A DNA stretch of 61,099 nt, counting the filler, from Basidiobolus ranarum (Eukaryota), in assembly GCA_040143965.1 (NCBI GenBank). It is 7 parts of 7 records of this genome, joined end to end, with 100 filler letters (N's around TTAATTAATTAA, not from the genome) between each part and the next. Parts side by side here need not be neighbours in the genome. Positions count along the whole stretch, not along the records: positions 1 to 8,668 come from JASJQH010000942.1; positions 8,769 to 17,424 come from JASJQH010000943.1; 5 more parts are not named here. One strand, 5' to 3'. Shown here in pieces: positions 1 to 13,380 of this stretch. Below the pieces are notes generated by a model. It was given only the letters and a program-made list of their open reading frames with translations. It was not told where the DNA came from and did not search any database. The translations under genes and the position numbers were made by a program. Each line of letters begins with the position of its first letter. Position 1 is the stretch's first letter.

Positions 1-2
1 AG

Positions 3-801
3 AAAAGTAAATCAATTATATGAAATATTCAGGAGTTTGTGTAATAAGATATAATAGATAAGTAGGGTTAATAAGACATGCTTGTTATATAGATATGGAG
101 ATATTCCTATGTAGAATATAGGGGCTATAGATATGTTGCTTTCTGTTTCTGATATATGTATCATAACTAAAGTTAACTATAATGTTGAATAAAGATTAAT
201 TATCTAACAACATATTAATTTGGGCTTAAGCTAGGCAGAAGTTTGAAAATTTAGACCCTCCTGAGAATAATTTGAGATGACTTATTAGTCAAAGGAGAGT
301 ATTAAAATTAGCATAGCCCAAGCACCAATATATTGATATATAGCTTGGCATTTGGCTGATTCATACTTCCTCAAGATACCACCCACTATTCTCAATTGGA
401 ATCTCCTTGGCATACTTTTAGCAATTTAGAAGTTATCATATATGTGTATTTAGCAAATGTATTGCAGAAGCCCCAACTCTGTGCATATGTTCCTGGAACC
501 TTTCTTAGCACATGCCCTATGTATGTTAGTTTACCTCTTGAGAGAACCATAAATGTCAACTTTCTATGCAATAAGTAATTGTTGGAGGAGCTTGACATAA
601 TGGGGGTGGACTTGATATATTAGAGATGACTTATGACAGTGTGTGGCGACTTATATAGCAGAGAAGTAAATCAATTATTTGAAATATTTAGGAGTTTGTG
701 TAATTGAATATAATGGATGCGTAGGGGTAATAAGACATTCTGGTTATATAGTTTTTGAGATATTCCTAATTACAATACAGGGGTCATAGATAAGTTGCTT
801 T
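3..801. repeat. Diverged ~140-bp direct repeat (3-142 and 663-801) flanking retroelement debris
   Basis: AAGTAAATCAATTATATGAAATATTCAGGAGTTTGTGTAAT...GTTGCTTT recurs at 663 as AAGTAAATCAATTATTTGAAATATTTAGGAGTTTGTGTAAT...GTTGCTTT, roughly 80% identical by eye. Confidence 0.85.
300..600 (-). mobile_element. Degenerate dispersed repeat, probably the 3' part of a non-LTR retrotransposon ORF2; homologous to ~60035-60290
   Basis: Aligns by eye with 60035-60290 (AGAAGCCCCAACTCTGTGCATATGTTCCTGGAACCTTTCTTAGCACAT vs AGAAGCCCTAAACTTTGCACACATGTTCCTGGGACCTTCCTTAACACAT). Minus-strand remnant GHVLRKVPGTYAQSWGFC resembles a decayed LINE zinc-binding tail. Region is CpG-poor. Confidence 0.45.
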
Positions 802-1940
802 GAGAATGTCATGGAAAATATAAACAAGTTGTAAAAATTTCAAAAATTTAACTTTTTGTAGCGTTTCTACAAGATATGTGAATATATTTGATCTTTTTGA
901 CACATGGGTTACTTAATAGAGTGGCAGCAAATATTTCAAAGATGACACAAAAATACTTTGACTTGAAACGCTAATATTCTTAGCAATATTGAGCCATGCC
1001 GTCTGCTTGGGTAATAAAGATATTGTGATAGGTTATGCGTGGCTTGTGATATTTTTAACTTTCAATATGCAGAGCAGTCAAAACTTTCGATTAACTATTT
1101 TCAAGTGGATTTTGAGAAGCTACACATGATACTTTGAAGATGATTTAAGAATACATATACTTATATATCAGTTGCTAAAGAGCTATTGAAATTGTACAAG
1201 AAGCCTAGAGTATACACGACATGTTTGATATTCAGATGGGGAATAAATATATGCATATCAAGGGTAACAACCAAACATTGATCAGCACATGCACTGGCGA
1301 GGGGAAAAGTGGGTATAGGGTTAGGGTTAAGACTACTAATATTTGATGAATTTTGAGTGAAGAATCAACAAGCTAAATGTGAACTGAATTCAAATCAAAT
1401 CCCCAAACGCTATACCCTATTCTGGCTATTAGTAATTCAGATCAGATAAAGATGGCGTTAGAATTTTCCAACAATATGGGCAAACCTCGTGCTAGGAGAG
1501 TTTCAAGGTCGGTTTTCAATGGTGATGATCCATATCTCATCAGCTTTGGAATAGAAATATTCTATCAAGGGGATTTGTCAACTGCTCACTAGATAGGTTT
1601 AAATGGGTGCAAAAATTCTACGTGTGGACGAAGGCTGTTGATGATTGATTGGGATAGTTCCACCACATAATTTCATACGTAGCAATACGGCGCTTCACTA
1701 CGAGAATTTATGTTTCCAACATATGCTAGCAAAGAGTAGTGCTGTTTGCAAAATTTTCCAAAGCATCTCATGCTTAGATCTTCCAGATCAGATAAACACA
1801 ACAGTTATAGAGTGATATTGCTTTCAATGAATCGAGTTTATTTGCGGTGATATATTGAGTGAACATGTGTGAATGCTAGTGTTTTCAATAATAGAATCCA
1901 CTGTGATTTAGTAAAAACATACGTTTACTTACGACCAAAC

Positions 1941-2195
1941 TTAATGTTCAACAACAAGCTTTTCGGTTTGGAATTGAGAGTTGATGAAACCTTGTCTCTT
2001 AATAACTGTCAGCTCCTTCTTACCACGCTGGATTAGACTCTGCACTTTCTCAGCTTCGGTCACGGAGGCATTGGCTCGGAAAGCATCACGAGTGCGACGA
2101 ATTGCGTATTCTCTGAAGTTGTATGAGGAAAAGGTGTTTCCTGCTTTTAGCAGATCTCTGTAGAGACGTAGAACTTGGGTGCGTGTATCAGCCAT
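1941..2195 (-). CDS. ISD11: LYR-motif protein Isd11/LYRM4 (Fe-S cluster assembly, Nfs1 partner)
   Basis: 84-aa intronless ORF with VLRLYRDLLKAGNTFSSYNFREYAIRRTRDAFR and C-terminal KLVVE, typical of LYRM4. Confidence 0.95.
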   Translation of the reverse strand: MADTRTQVLRLYRDLLKAGNTFSSYNFREYAIRRTRDAFRANASVTEAEKVQSLIQRGKKELTVIKRQGFINSQFQTEKLVVEH

Positions 2196-3531
2196 CTTTT
2201 AGGTGCAAGCTAAATATATCGGATGGAAGATGAATAAGGAGCAAGCTGCTCCTACAAATCAAAAATACTCCATTGAAATGCTGCGGCGATCACGAAATGA
2301 TCTCATCATCACTGGAGTAAGATCAAAAATAATCTTCTACTTTTCGAGATCTAATTCTTATTTTTCCACCAGTAAAAGCTGGCGATAACCCATCTTGGTA
2401 GCCAGAGAATCAATCAAACCACTACACAGACCCTTATTGTAATTGCTATATTCCTTTGTGTAGAGCTCAATAATTTATCGTTGGTGAAGCAAGTCACCTT
2501 GTCTACCGTGCTGGATCTTTCCCTCTGGACAAGCAACGGCTATAAAGATTCAAGTGTACGAATATCATCTTTGGATACTTTCAGATTAGTAACAGGCCAA
2601 TTGCTCCTTCCAGTAGCTAACACTTTATCTACAATTTCGTAACACTGTACACAGGTGTAAGAAAGAATGAGCATCCGAAGTATGTTGAGCACATGGAACT
2701 TGTCTAGCTAGCTACAAATAGCCTCCACTTAACTCATACTTGTGGATTTCTCTTTTGAATCTCAAGGTTATTAGGCATAAACTCAAAAGAATCTATCTCT
2801 GAACAGTATACCTCTTTACTGAAGTCCCAGAAATAGCACACTTGTCGTAACCATTTTTCAAATGCAGCGACAACAGTAAGGAGATCTAGAAACTCAGCAG
2901 AGATGAACATGAAAATACATGTCTATAAAGACAAACCCTTTATGAAATCAACTTAATAGAGACTGCTTTCATTGGCATTAGATGGCTAGAAGAATAGTTA
3001 ACCATAGCAGACCAATCATCGGGATTGAATTGCAATTGCTGCGAGTGCTCAACATAATCTTTGATTGGTAGAGTAAAGTGTATTTACATACATTCAGGCC
3101 CAACAAAATTAGGTTCGTCGCAACATGCAAAAGTGAGGTCAGATGTCTTCTCTAAATAAACCCCTTTTCCATAACCTTTTAGTCCCCTCTTTTTTCCTCA
3201 ATAACATCTGATTATATTCGTCTTTTCCAGGCATCTATTTAATTACATAAATACAAGATACAAACTACTGTTTTGTGTTGCTCTCATTTGGTTGCTCTTA
3301 ATTAGCCTCGAAACCCTTTAAAGTTGAATTCTTCAACATTATACGGTTATCCTCTCGAAAGCCCATCTGAGAACTTTCACTTGAAGTTTTTACTGTACAA
3401 CTATCAAAAATCTGTTTGTTGAGTTTAGAAACTCTACATTACAACCATTTTTAACTTGACATAAACGAGATATTTTCTCAGTTAATATTCTTTACGTTCT
3501 TGCACTAACCCAATTCGACCAAAACGCTAAT

Positions 3532-4556
3532 ATGGTTTTAATATATTTCTTGACCAAAGCTGTGTGGTAATGAAATTCCCCGCCTAATTTTCTCTAAAGT
3601 TACACAAAGATTAATGTTTATCTCCATTCTAGCACTGTTGGTGGCTTAATATATCCAGCATATGCTTCATTTAAAGCCTTAGAGGAGCGTCGCTCCGAGG
3701 AGCTTCTAACATGGCTTATGTTTTGGATAGTAATGGGCGTCTTTACAGCAGTAGAATTTGTAGCTGATATAGTAGTATTCTGGTAAGTTTTATTTTTGTT
3801 TTAAAAGTTGTTCGATGCCTTGTTATCCATAAAGCTAAGCAGCAGTATGTATGTACTATTTAAGGTTTCCCTTTTACTATCAGCTGAAGATGATTTTTAT
3901 TTTATGGCTCATTTTACCTCAAACACAGGTACTTAATTTTACACGAAACTTTGGGTTAATAAGTTAAAACTGAGCCTTTAAATTCCCACAGGGCTCCACA
4001 TATTTATATAATACATTCATCCATCCAACCTTAGCTCGTCATGAAGCCGAAATCGATGGTATGCTAGAGAAAGTTCAAACGGAGGTGAAAAAAACCTCGG
4101 TTGAAATGGGTAAACGGGGTGTCGAAGTATTACAGAAGGCAGCCATGGAATCATTAACTAAGGTATCGTCGGTACTATAACTGGTGAAAGTTTTCGTTCT
4201 TGTGTAATCGATTTAACAATGGTGTCATGGATTAGGGTCAGTTCATACTGATGGATCACCTTGCACAACAGAGCGAAACTGGAGAAGCTTCAACTTCTGT
4301 GCAGTTAGAAGAGATAGACGATGAAGAGGAGGCTGACGTGGTCAACAACACAACAAGTAAAATTCAAAATGAAGAAACACCTGTTCAAACCACTAAAACT
4401 CGTTCAAGAACCAAATCTCGACCTCAGAGGGCCAGTAAAAACGATATCGTTGTCATCGATGAAATCCTATCTTTTTCTGACCGAGATGTTAATGACTTGA
4501 CCGGATTTGACTCTGATTCTGATACTCCACTAATCTTGCGCACCCGGAGAACTTAA
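3532..4556 (+). CDS. TB2/DP1/HVA22 (REEP1-4-like) ER-shaping membrane protein, 5 exons
   Basis: Hand-spliced GT-AG exons give MVLIYFLTKAVC/TVGGLIYPAYASFKALE..WLMFWIVMGVFTAVEFVADIVVFW/FPFYYQLKMIFILWLILPQTQ/GSTYLYNTFIHPTLARHEAEID../acidic tail (ORF 4251-4556). The short N-terminus and HEAEID helix fit REEP1-4 rather than REEP5/Yop1. Confidence 0.9.
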
Positions 4557-5300
4557 AGTACTAACGCATAACATCTTCGTGAATTCAGTCCCTACTTGCA
4601 ATTTAAGTTCAAATGCGAAAAATTCAAGATGTAATTGAGGTCTTGAGAATACTGTACCAGCATATATTGTCACTTGGATTTGTCACGGCTTACATTTCTA
4701 CTCCCTCCCCCATTCTACGAACATAGCTGTCAGTTGATTAACGCTCTTTTTCATTGCGCAGTACTTTCCTACTTTTTTCTAACCGAATACTTCAACTTGT
4801 TTAATCAACTAACTAGTGTAACTTACCCATAGCAAATGTGGAATGGGCCAAATAAACCCACCCTTTTTGTGCTCATCCTTAGCCATCGTAATGATTGACA
4901 TATACGCCCTCATCAAGTTCAATCTTAATCGAAAAACCAGTGAATTGCAAGCTCCACAATTCTACGTGGTAGAGGGTTGATCAATTTAATATAGAGTTCA
5001 TTGTCATGGCATAAAATAATAGGAATATATACCCCATTTAATATCATTATTATAGCTGGTGGATATTTGAAATATTAGTGATGCGTATGACTTCAATTTC
5101 AGATTTCATCAAATGAAATTCTTGCAAATTTAGTTTAAACTATAGTGCATTACAGATCGTTCAACGTAACATTCACTATCTTATTAGCTATTTCTAGAAG
5201 ATACAAGTGATATAGCTCTTGAAATCATTTTACCATTGAGTATTTCTTGAACTTGACACTCGTTTAGAAAACTCTCTAGACCCTATACATTTACTTACAA

Positions 5301-6704
5301 ATGTCCACTGGCCAGATCTCCGTAGATCCAGTAGATAGAGTGCGAGTCGTTGTCATAGGAGATAATGGAGTGGTAAGTGCAGCCTTTTTTATTCTAGCTT
5401 CACCGCCTCAAACCCCCTATTTTAAGTTATTCATGATAGAATTGCCGAACTGATTCTATGCCCTTTTTTACTTGTGTCAGGGTAAAACTAGTCTAGTTCA
5501 CTTACTTAGTCATAACGAACCGTTGAAGCAATTCTCACGTTCAGGTGGCTTCTCAGTAGATGTCAAAGTATTGTTGAAAACATTCCGAATCCTATAAACA
5601 TTTGCTTTTCTCTTACTTATATATATATATAGTTACACGAATACAGAGGAAATCACAAGAATTATTGGGTTGAGTTTGTGGACGTTTTCGGAACAGCTAA
5701 ACACGCGAAATCAAGAAACGTTTTCTACTCCAACGTAAATGGTATCGTTTTAGTTCACGACTTGAGTAACCGCAAATCATATTATAATTTATGGCGGTGG
5801 ATGGAAGAGGTGCTGGAATCAGAAGCATTTAAAGATGGAGAGCGTATTGGTCTTGGAAATCATACTTCAACTCCAATGCAGGGAAGTCATTACAAGAGGA
5901 GAAACAATGGTAAGCTATATAAATGCATTCACTTCTTACCAGTGAACTTACTTACAAACCTATATCTAGAATTTGATTTTGAGTTAACTATAGGTGAGAG
6001 CAGAACCTCTATTCCAGTACTGATCGTCGGGAATAAGGAGGATTTAACTTCGGAAGCAAGTCGTCCACGTCGATATAGTATTGCTGATGAATTTGGTGGA
6101 GAATGTGTTAACACGGTAAATCTATCATTTGAACTCTCACTGGACTACATCATAACGTTAATCCTTGAATGTAATACTTTAGTGTGCAATAACCCCATTG
6201 TCTGGAAATACATCCGAGAGAATCGAGTCATTTTTTGACAAGGTTATTGAGAGAAAGTTTGGGGATAGTTTATATCGTAACAATTATGTTAGTACACCTT
6301 CACGATCAACCAACTCGGGTGCCAATACTTCTTTCAGTCCACCTGGTTCGCCTAAACCATACGTAAAAGAGCTACCTGATCATAGAAGACGACTACCACC
6401 GACAACTGGAAGTTTCTATGGGGCAGCCAGCCCCGGAAGCTTAAGGGGCCGTACTCGGACCCCGAGTGTGGGTCGGCCAGGAAGCCCCATGCGCGATCCT
6501 AGGTATAAATTCCGATTTTAACTTTTATGATTACAATAGATTAACGACATCTCTCAACCATTGTTCAGGAGTAACCCATTCTTTGCACAGGAATCGCCTA
6601 CACCTAGCCATCATGTATCAAGTGCTAGCGGAAATGCCCTTTTACCACGACCTGGCTCGCCAGGTAGAATATTTAGTAACCCTACGAAATTCCACTATAA
6701 ATAA
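5301..6704 (+). CDS. RABL3: Rab-like protein 3 (RABL3/LIP1-type small GTPase), about 6 exons
   Basis: Spliced product has VRVVVIGDNGV/GKTSLVHLL (P-loop), SVDVK/LHEY, EFVDVFG, RNVFYSNVNGIVLVHDLSNRKSYYNLWRW and VGNKED. The last intron (AG|gtataa..ttcag) extends the ORF to TAA at 6702-6704; without it the stop is at 6521. Confidence 0.85.
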
Positions 6705-8668
6705 ACGTCTTAAATATTGTTTCATCATATTTATACACCAACCCTACTTGTATAACACCTCCTAAGGCTAAGCAAAGATAATATGAGTTGAGAAGAAGCT
6801 AAACTCCGATCTTTGCTCTCTGTCATATGGGGATTCTATGGGAAGTTACGACTCCAAAAAACTCGGGTTGGAGCTCACTTGTTTTAGGCCAAGTCTCCAC
6901 TGTTTATTTACTCTGAAATTGCCCTAATTACACACTACCAGAACTGGCAAGTACAATTCTAAGTCATATTAATAAGTCGAGCCCACTTGGTGATTATGCG
7001 AAATGTTGGACACAATAGATGATCGAATTTTGGAGTAAAAAACCAGGCTATGAGACCTATTTATCGAGAATCGAAGACTCGAAAAATAGATTGAGGCTAG
7101 ATGAAGTTGAACCATTCTTTGCAAACTATTCTCTGATTATGCTTCATAAAGACACCATAGTAAGGTGGGTTGCATGAAGAGTGGGCTCTTTGATATGGCA
7201 TGATTGGTACTCAAACAGTACAGTCTCTTTCGAACTGGAAAGATGCTGCTGCCACTGTTATTAGATAAGAAGCCCTTGCCCATATCGTGGCTATGACATA
7301 AACAACGAGCACCACAAGTTGTACTTTTAAAGCTCTTTCGCCTCTTAGATGTGCTGAAAGTTCACCTAGGTTCAATTGTTGGTGTAGTTGGAACTATATA
7401 CTTGGCGTACCTTCAGGACATCTCCAAGAGCTTGTCGGAATTGATAAATTATCTAGAAGCCTTCTCTTAGCATTAGAGTAACAGAAAAAGAAGATTTGAT
7501 AAAACCAAAATGTCTTAATCTCGCATGGCTACTTACAGTGACCTCTATTGTCCATTCAAGGCATGAATAATTCTTCATGCGTGAAAACTACATTAAAGAA
7601 TGATTTTTGCATATCACCAATATTCTCAAACAATTTAGTTGCTCCTTAATTTCGTAATATCTCCATCATAATGTGAAATGTCCTCCACACTAAGAAGTAG
7701 TGGGGCAGCAATATGATGAAGATGGGTACAAAACATCACCAAATATGTAGAAATATTTATTAAGTATCCAAACCGAGTCAACTAGATGTAGAGGCCTAGG
7801 TGACATGGAATAGGAATAGCGAAACTCCGTTGATCGTGCTCTCAAAATTGTTCATTGCAAAAAGACATTCCTCTTGTTTTTGTACAACCATTTACACGTT
7901 TCCGGGCGGGTTTCAAGTAATCTTTACTTGAACGAGGAATGTTCCGGAAAATCGCAATGAAAGTTCACATCGGAAATCTTTATTTCAATCAGATACAGAT
8001 CGCCAATCTCACTAGTACTTCATAGTTAGAGCTATCTTACACTCTTTTGAGTGGAATTCTCAATGAGACTTGTTCACATTAACTTTAGGATTTCATTGTT
8101 ATCATAGGATTTGGAAACATGGTTTGAAAATTCGAGATTACCTTGTATAGTGGTGATTTGACGTGAATATGAAAGTGAGCTGTCGCAACATAATTTCTCG
8201 GGTAGGTTTGATTCCTGGACGTACTCAGGATTCTTGAATGAGCTCTGTATTGCACAGATCAAGGTAACACCAAACGATGCTAACATTGAGGAATACGTTG
8301 TTTCGCTAGAATAACGATACTTCGAATGCTAACTTTCTCTCTACCTTTCACTTATTTGATAGCCTCCTGATCAACAAAAACCAGAGCAAACCTCAAATTT
8401 ACCAGTATCGGAAGATCTGGGAAAGATTACACATGTATGTGATACACTCTATTAAATCAATCTTGGTGATGAACTAATATTGTCCGAAGGTCACCAACTG
8501 ATGTTGGAAAAAAACTCAAGTAACTTGAACGTAAGGGTTCTCTTCACTTTCACCTTTAACAATTAACTAGAAACTGCCGTGGGGTAGAAAAAAAAGCATG
8601 ACACTCACTACCTTACATCGGCAATAGAAACAGTAAAAAGCGATAACACCTCAAGTTCCTGTCGCAAT

Positions 8669-8768
8669 NNNNNNNNNNNNNNNNNNNNNNNNNNNNNNNN
8701 NNNNNNNNNNNNTTAATTAATTAANNNNNNNNNNNNNNNNNNNNNNNNNNNNNNNNNNNNNNNNNNNN
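8669..8768. other. Artificial contig linker (N44-TTAATTAATTAA-N44)
   Basis: Six-frame stop linker. Identical linkers at 17425-17524, 26171-26270, 34915-35014, 43657-43756 and 52385-52484. Confidence 0.99.
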
Positions 8769-9214
<446 letters not shown>

Positions 9215-10470
9215 TTACCTTAGCCTCGTCATCTACACTAGGATAAGACCCTCCAAATTATTACGTAGCAATAGCCCTGTCAAACTTCTAGAATACCGAA
9301 TTTGATAAACTGGGAATCGGTTAACGATACTTTCCGACAGTCTCGATTCACATTACCTTTATTGGTTCGAACTCAGTACCGATTAAATCGGATCGACACA
9401 ATGTGGGAGAAATCGATTTGATCAAATGCCGACATTATCCAGAGATCTTGGTTGGTTACGCGAAAGAATGTGAAAGAATACTTCCCAGTTAGCTGGTAAA
9501 CATGTTAGCCACACCATTAATAGATATATATTGGATCACTTAATCAAATTGGCTTGTTGATAGTATCATGATAGTATTCCGACCTGATAATACTAGTATT
9601 AGCGATTGATATTGGTAGAAATCAGGATAAACAATCCCCATTTACGCATTCACCCAGCCAAATTATGTTGAAGTTGACATCTAGATTTTTACCCTCTGGT
9701 CTTAGGCCCTAATCTTTTAATTGTAACACCGGAATTTGTTATTTTTTGGATCACCGAACTTTTGGAACCTCTATGCTTAGATGATGGATTAGACTAACTA
9801 ATGGAAACATGATTAGTTTAAACTCGAATACATTCCAGGATCTGATTAGCCCTCTCAAATTGATTTAGTTTGAACATCAATACTCTGAACAGCATTTAAA
9901 TCCGTCAGATTAGACACGATTGTTCTTTATGTCTACACAAAAATAGCTCACACGGATTAGGATCTAAATTGAGGAATCTTGAATATTTATTAGTGTTGCT
10001 AAATACAGTTCAGCAAATACATCTGGAATGTACTATATTTGGGTATGCTTATGCACAATGCATTTATCCTTTACATAAGAATATTGATAGCTTCGTGTTG
10101 AGAAAAAAACTCAACAATGACTCAAAAATGGCTCATTCTTTTGCCCTGAGCCAACTATACTTGGTGCTTGCTTAAGTTGTTGTATATTGATGGTCCTTTT
10201 ACAGTATCTGATTGCCTCAATCAGTCAGAAATGTAATTAGTACGCTGTATATTGTATATATACTAGGGCTAATATCTCAATTGACTTCAAGTTGTATTTA
10301 TCTAGATTTAACCATGAAAGGTGGCTTTAGCATATCATTTCATGCAGAGTGCAGATCGAACAAGTAGTTGAGAAGCAAGCTTTGTGCAAGAATCAAAACT
10401 ATCGATATGTGAAATAAGCGCTATTTATTGGTTTCTTACTTTAATTAAGTACGAGTCGGGGCCCGAATGA

Positions 10471-10500
10471 TTACATCAGTACTGCGTCAGTACTGAGTAA
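10471..10500. promoter_or_regulatory. Near-perfect 30-bp inverted repeat containing bZIP-like sites upstream of the kinase
   Basis: TTACATCAGTACTG-CGT-CAGTACTGAGTAA; contains TTACATCA, TGCGTCA and TGAGTAA (TTACTCA on the minus strand). Confidence 0.4.
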
Positions 10501-10956
10501 CCGTCGCCCAAAATCATATATGCATGGACCACAAATGTGTGTTCCCAACACCCGTGAAATATCGTGTAATGTAAAATTTCAACCAGATGAGTCGCGCGAC
10601 ATTCAATCACTCAAGGGTAACCAATATACGATGGCATATGATGGAGTTGTTTCAGGCGAGTTCACCGAAGTCTAAATGCCAATCAAGCTGTAGTAATAAT
10701 GAACTCCATTAATGACAGTCACATTGATCTTCACCAAGTAACATTGATAACTTGGGCGTATACCCATTAGAATCGTCCCCCCCCTCGATCACTCAAGATC
10801 CACACCCCACATCACATCCCCCTTCTTTCTCAAGCAACCGTAGTTTAAAATTCGGCTTGTAACTTTGCGTGCCTCTTGGCTTATTTCATTCACAAGTCTT
10901 TACCAAGTTCATATTCCACCAGTTGTACATAGAGGCCTCGAAAAGAAATACCAAAC

Positions 10957-13159
10957 ATGATGAAACAGATTAAAAACCTTTTCAAAAGCTCCACTTCTGG
11001 TAAGTCTATTATTGCGGGAAGAGGTTTCTATAGCTTTGAATACCAAGACAATTCTCTACTTAGGTCACGAAACACTGAATTCAAGTTGTTATATCGCCTC
11101 CAAGAGGTCAACTAATCCTCCTATTTTGGTGACGGATGGTGACTTTCACGAAGTACGTAAAAGGAAAACTTCAGTGAAAACTATTGGGACTGAGTTTAAA
11201 AGTGACCTAAACACCAATATTCCTACGTATCCTGAATTGAACAGATACAAATTAATGGAGAAACTTGGAGAGTAACTAGACACAGTCAGTTGGAGGTTTT
11301 TCTGTGCAACTGTTAACCTCTTATTTCCGTAGTGGTGCTTTCAGTGACGTTTACAAAGCATACGACCTTACAAGTCAAAAGTCAGTGGCCATCAAAATCG
11401 TAAGAAAATTTCAACTGAATACAGCTCAAGTAAGTGGTGATTTTGTTGATCAACCTCCTCGCCCTCGGTCTGATTCAATGCGAACTTTACTGGTTTATTA
11501 GCGAGGAAATATATTAAAAGAAGTGACTATCATGCGTAACCTCAATCATCCCAATGTAGCCAAATTATTGGACTTTAAAGAGGCCAAAGACTTTTATTAT
11601 CTGATTTTGGAGCTCTTGGAAGGAGGTGAACTTTTCCACAGAATCGTCAAACTCACTCACTTTTCAGAGCTTCTGTCGTGTCATGTGATCAGACAGGTAG
11701 CGCTAGGGATTCGATATTTACACGAAGAGAAGGGAGTCATCCATAGGTGATTCGAATTTAACGAAATCCCCATCGACATGTTGATATTAACCGTGTACTT
11801 GTAGAGATATTAAACCCGAAAATCTTCTGTTTCAAGGAATCCCTTACAAATACGGAGACATGATCACTGATGAGCCTATTGAGCTTGATGAGGAGAAGCT
11901 GGATGAGGGTGATTATCTTGAGGGGATAGGTGGGGGAGGCATAGGTGTGGTTAAGATTGCAGATTTTGGTCTCTCTAAAGTAGTATGGAATAGTGATACT
12001 ATGACTCCATGTGGAACTGATATCCTTTTCGTAGTACTTGTTGTATATTGGTGTTCTAGAGCTCATTAATCCTTAACTCTACAGTACTTGGGTACACAGC
12101 ACCGGAGGTAGTTCGTGATGAACGCTATAGCAAATCAGTGGATATGTGGGCCTTAGGTTGTGTACTTTATACCCTGTAAGTATTTTAAAAACCCCAAAAT
12201 CATTCAATATTGTATGTTAATCCAGGTTTGATTAGACTCTGTGGATTCCCACCCTTCTATGATGAAGATATCCAAGTTCTCACTGAAAAAGTGGCCATAG
12301 GATACTATTCATTTCCATCTCCTTGGTGGGATGACATTTCTGATACAGGTTGGTTAGATCCTCTTATACTTTTGCTTTGCATTCTCTAAGTCAAGAATCA
12401 ACTAGCCAAAGACTTGATTTCTCATCTGTTAACTGTGGATCCCTCTGCTCGTTACACCATTGACGAGTTCTTCTCTCATCCATGGGTCCAAACCAAGGTA
12501 TCTTTTAAAAAGAAAATGAACCCAGTCCACCTGACTCACTCTTCATTTCCTGTCACGTGCAATAGATGGCTAAATGTAATCAATTGGAATCCGAAGTGAA
12601 TTCTATTCAAACAGCAGCCTCTTCACCAACAGGGTCTGATGATGAATTTTACCTCAAAAAAGATGGTACCTCAGTGGTACGAAAGAATCGTCACCTTATG
12701 CCATTACCAGTTACTCCGAACATTTCGATTAAAGAAGCCATTGATGTATCATATGCAATTCACCGAATGGAGGATGAAGAAGCGGCTAAACATCACTTTC
12801 GGAGTACTATCCAAGGTCAAAATGGTCATACAAATCATCGAGGTTTTCTGGAGATGATGAACAATCATCCAGATGAAGCGGACGTGAATCTCCTCAATGT
12901 CGCTTTCCAAAACGCTGGTATGTCTGGTGGATATAAGCCACGACGACGAGGTAACTTAACCCCTGAATATCGTGCGAACTTCACCGCCGAAACATTGGCC
13001 ACCAAATTAATAAAGGCAACCACTACTACCGCTGCTACTACCACGACTGCTACTACCACCACCACAGGATTGTCAAATCAAGGCTTTCAGCTAAGTTTAG
13101 ATCAAGCCACTTTATTAAGTAGAAGGAAAGTAAAAATGGACGAACTATCATCAGACTGA
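10957..13159 (+). CDS. srk1: CAMK-group MAPK-activated protein kinase (Srk1/Rck2 type), multi-exon
   Basis: [41 protein letters not shown], the family insert [32 protein letters not shown] (across an AT-AC intron), [22 protein letters not shown] and C-terminal [15 protein letters not shown]. Confidence 0.92.
12020..12087 (+). other. U12-type AT-AC intron (68 nt)
   Basis: 5' ATATCCTTTT, branch TCCTTAAC at 12070-12077, 3' AC. Removal restores G|TT = Val in GTVGYTAPE. Confidence 0.93.
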
Positions 13160-13380
13160 TTTTCAACGTATATGCATATAATTAGTTAAAATTTTAGTAT
13201 AATATATCTAATAAATTTTGTTCTCTTCCTTTCACAAGCTAACTCTATTGAACCAAAGCAAACTTGGTTGAAAATGCATGCGAGGTGAAGAGGAGTAATG
13301 TAAGGATAGATGGGGATTTTATTGCATACTGTCTGAAGCAGAAGTATAAATTGGGTAATTACTACATGAATATGTACTCT

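Noticed and set aside
6950-7891. Minus-strand ATG and splice-like signals downstream of RABL3
   Set aside because: Could not assemble a stop-free or recognisable protein.
8713-8724. TTAATTAATTAA palindrome recurring about every 8.7 kb
   Set aside because: Assembly linker inside N runs, not biological periodicity.
12498-12565. Kinase intron beginning GTATCTTTT, resembling a U12 GT-AG donor
   Set aside because: Mismatch in the ATCC core, no CCTTAAC, and a U2-type CTGAC is present; treated as U2.
13019-13066. ACN trinucleotide run
   Set aside because: Ordinary poly-Thr/Ala low-complexity tract in the kinase tail.
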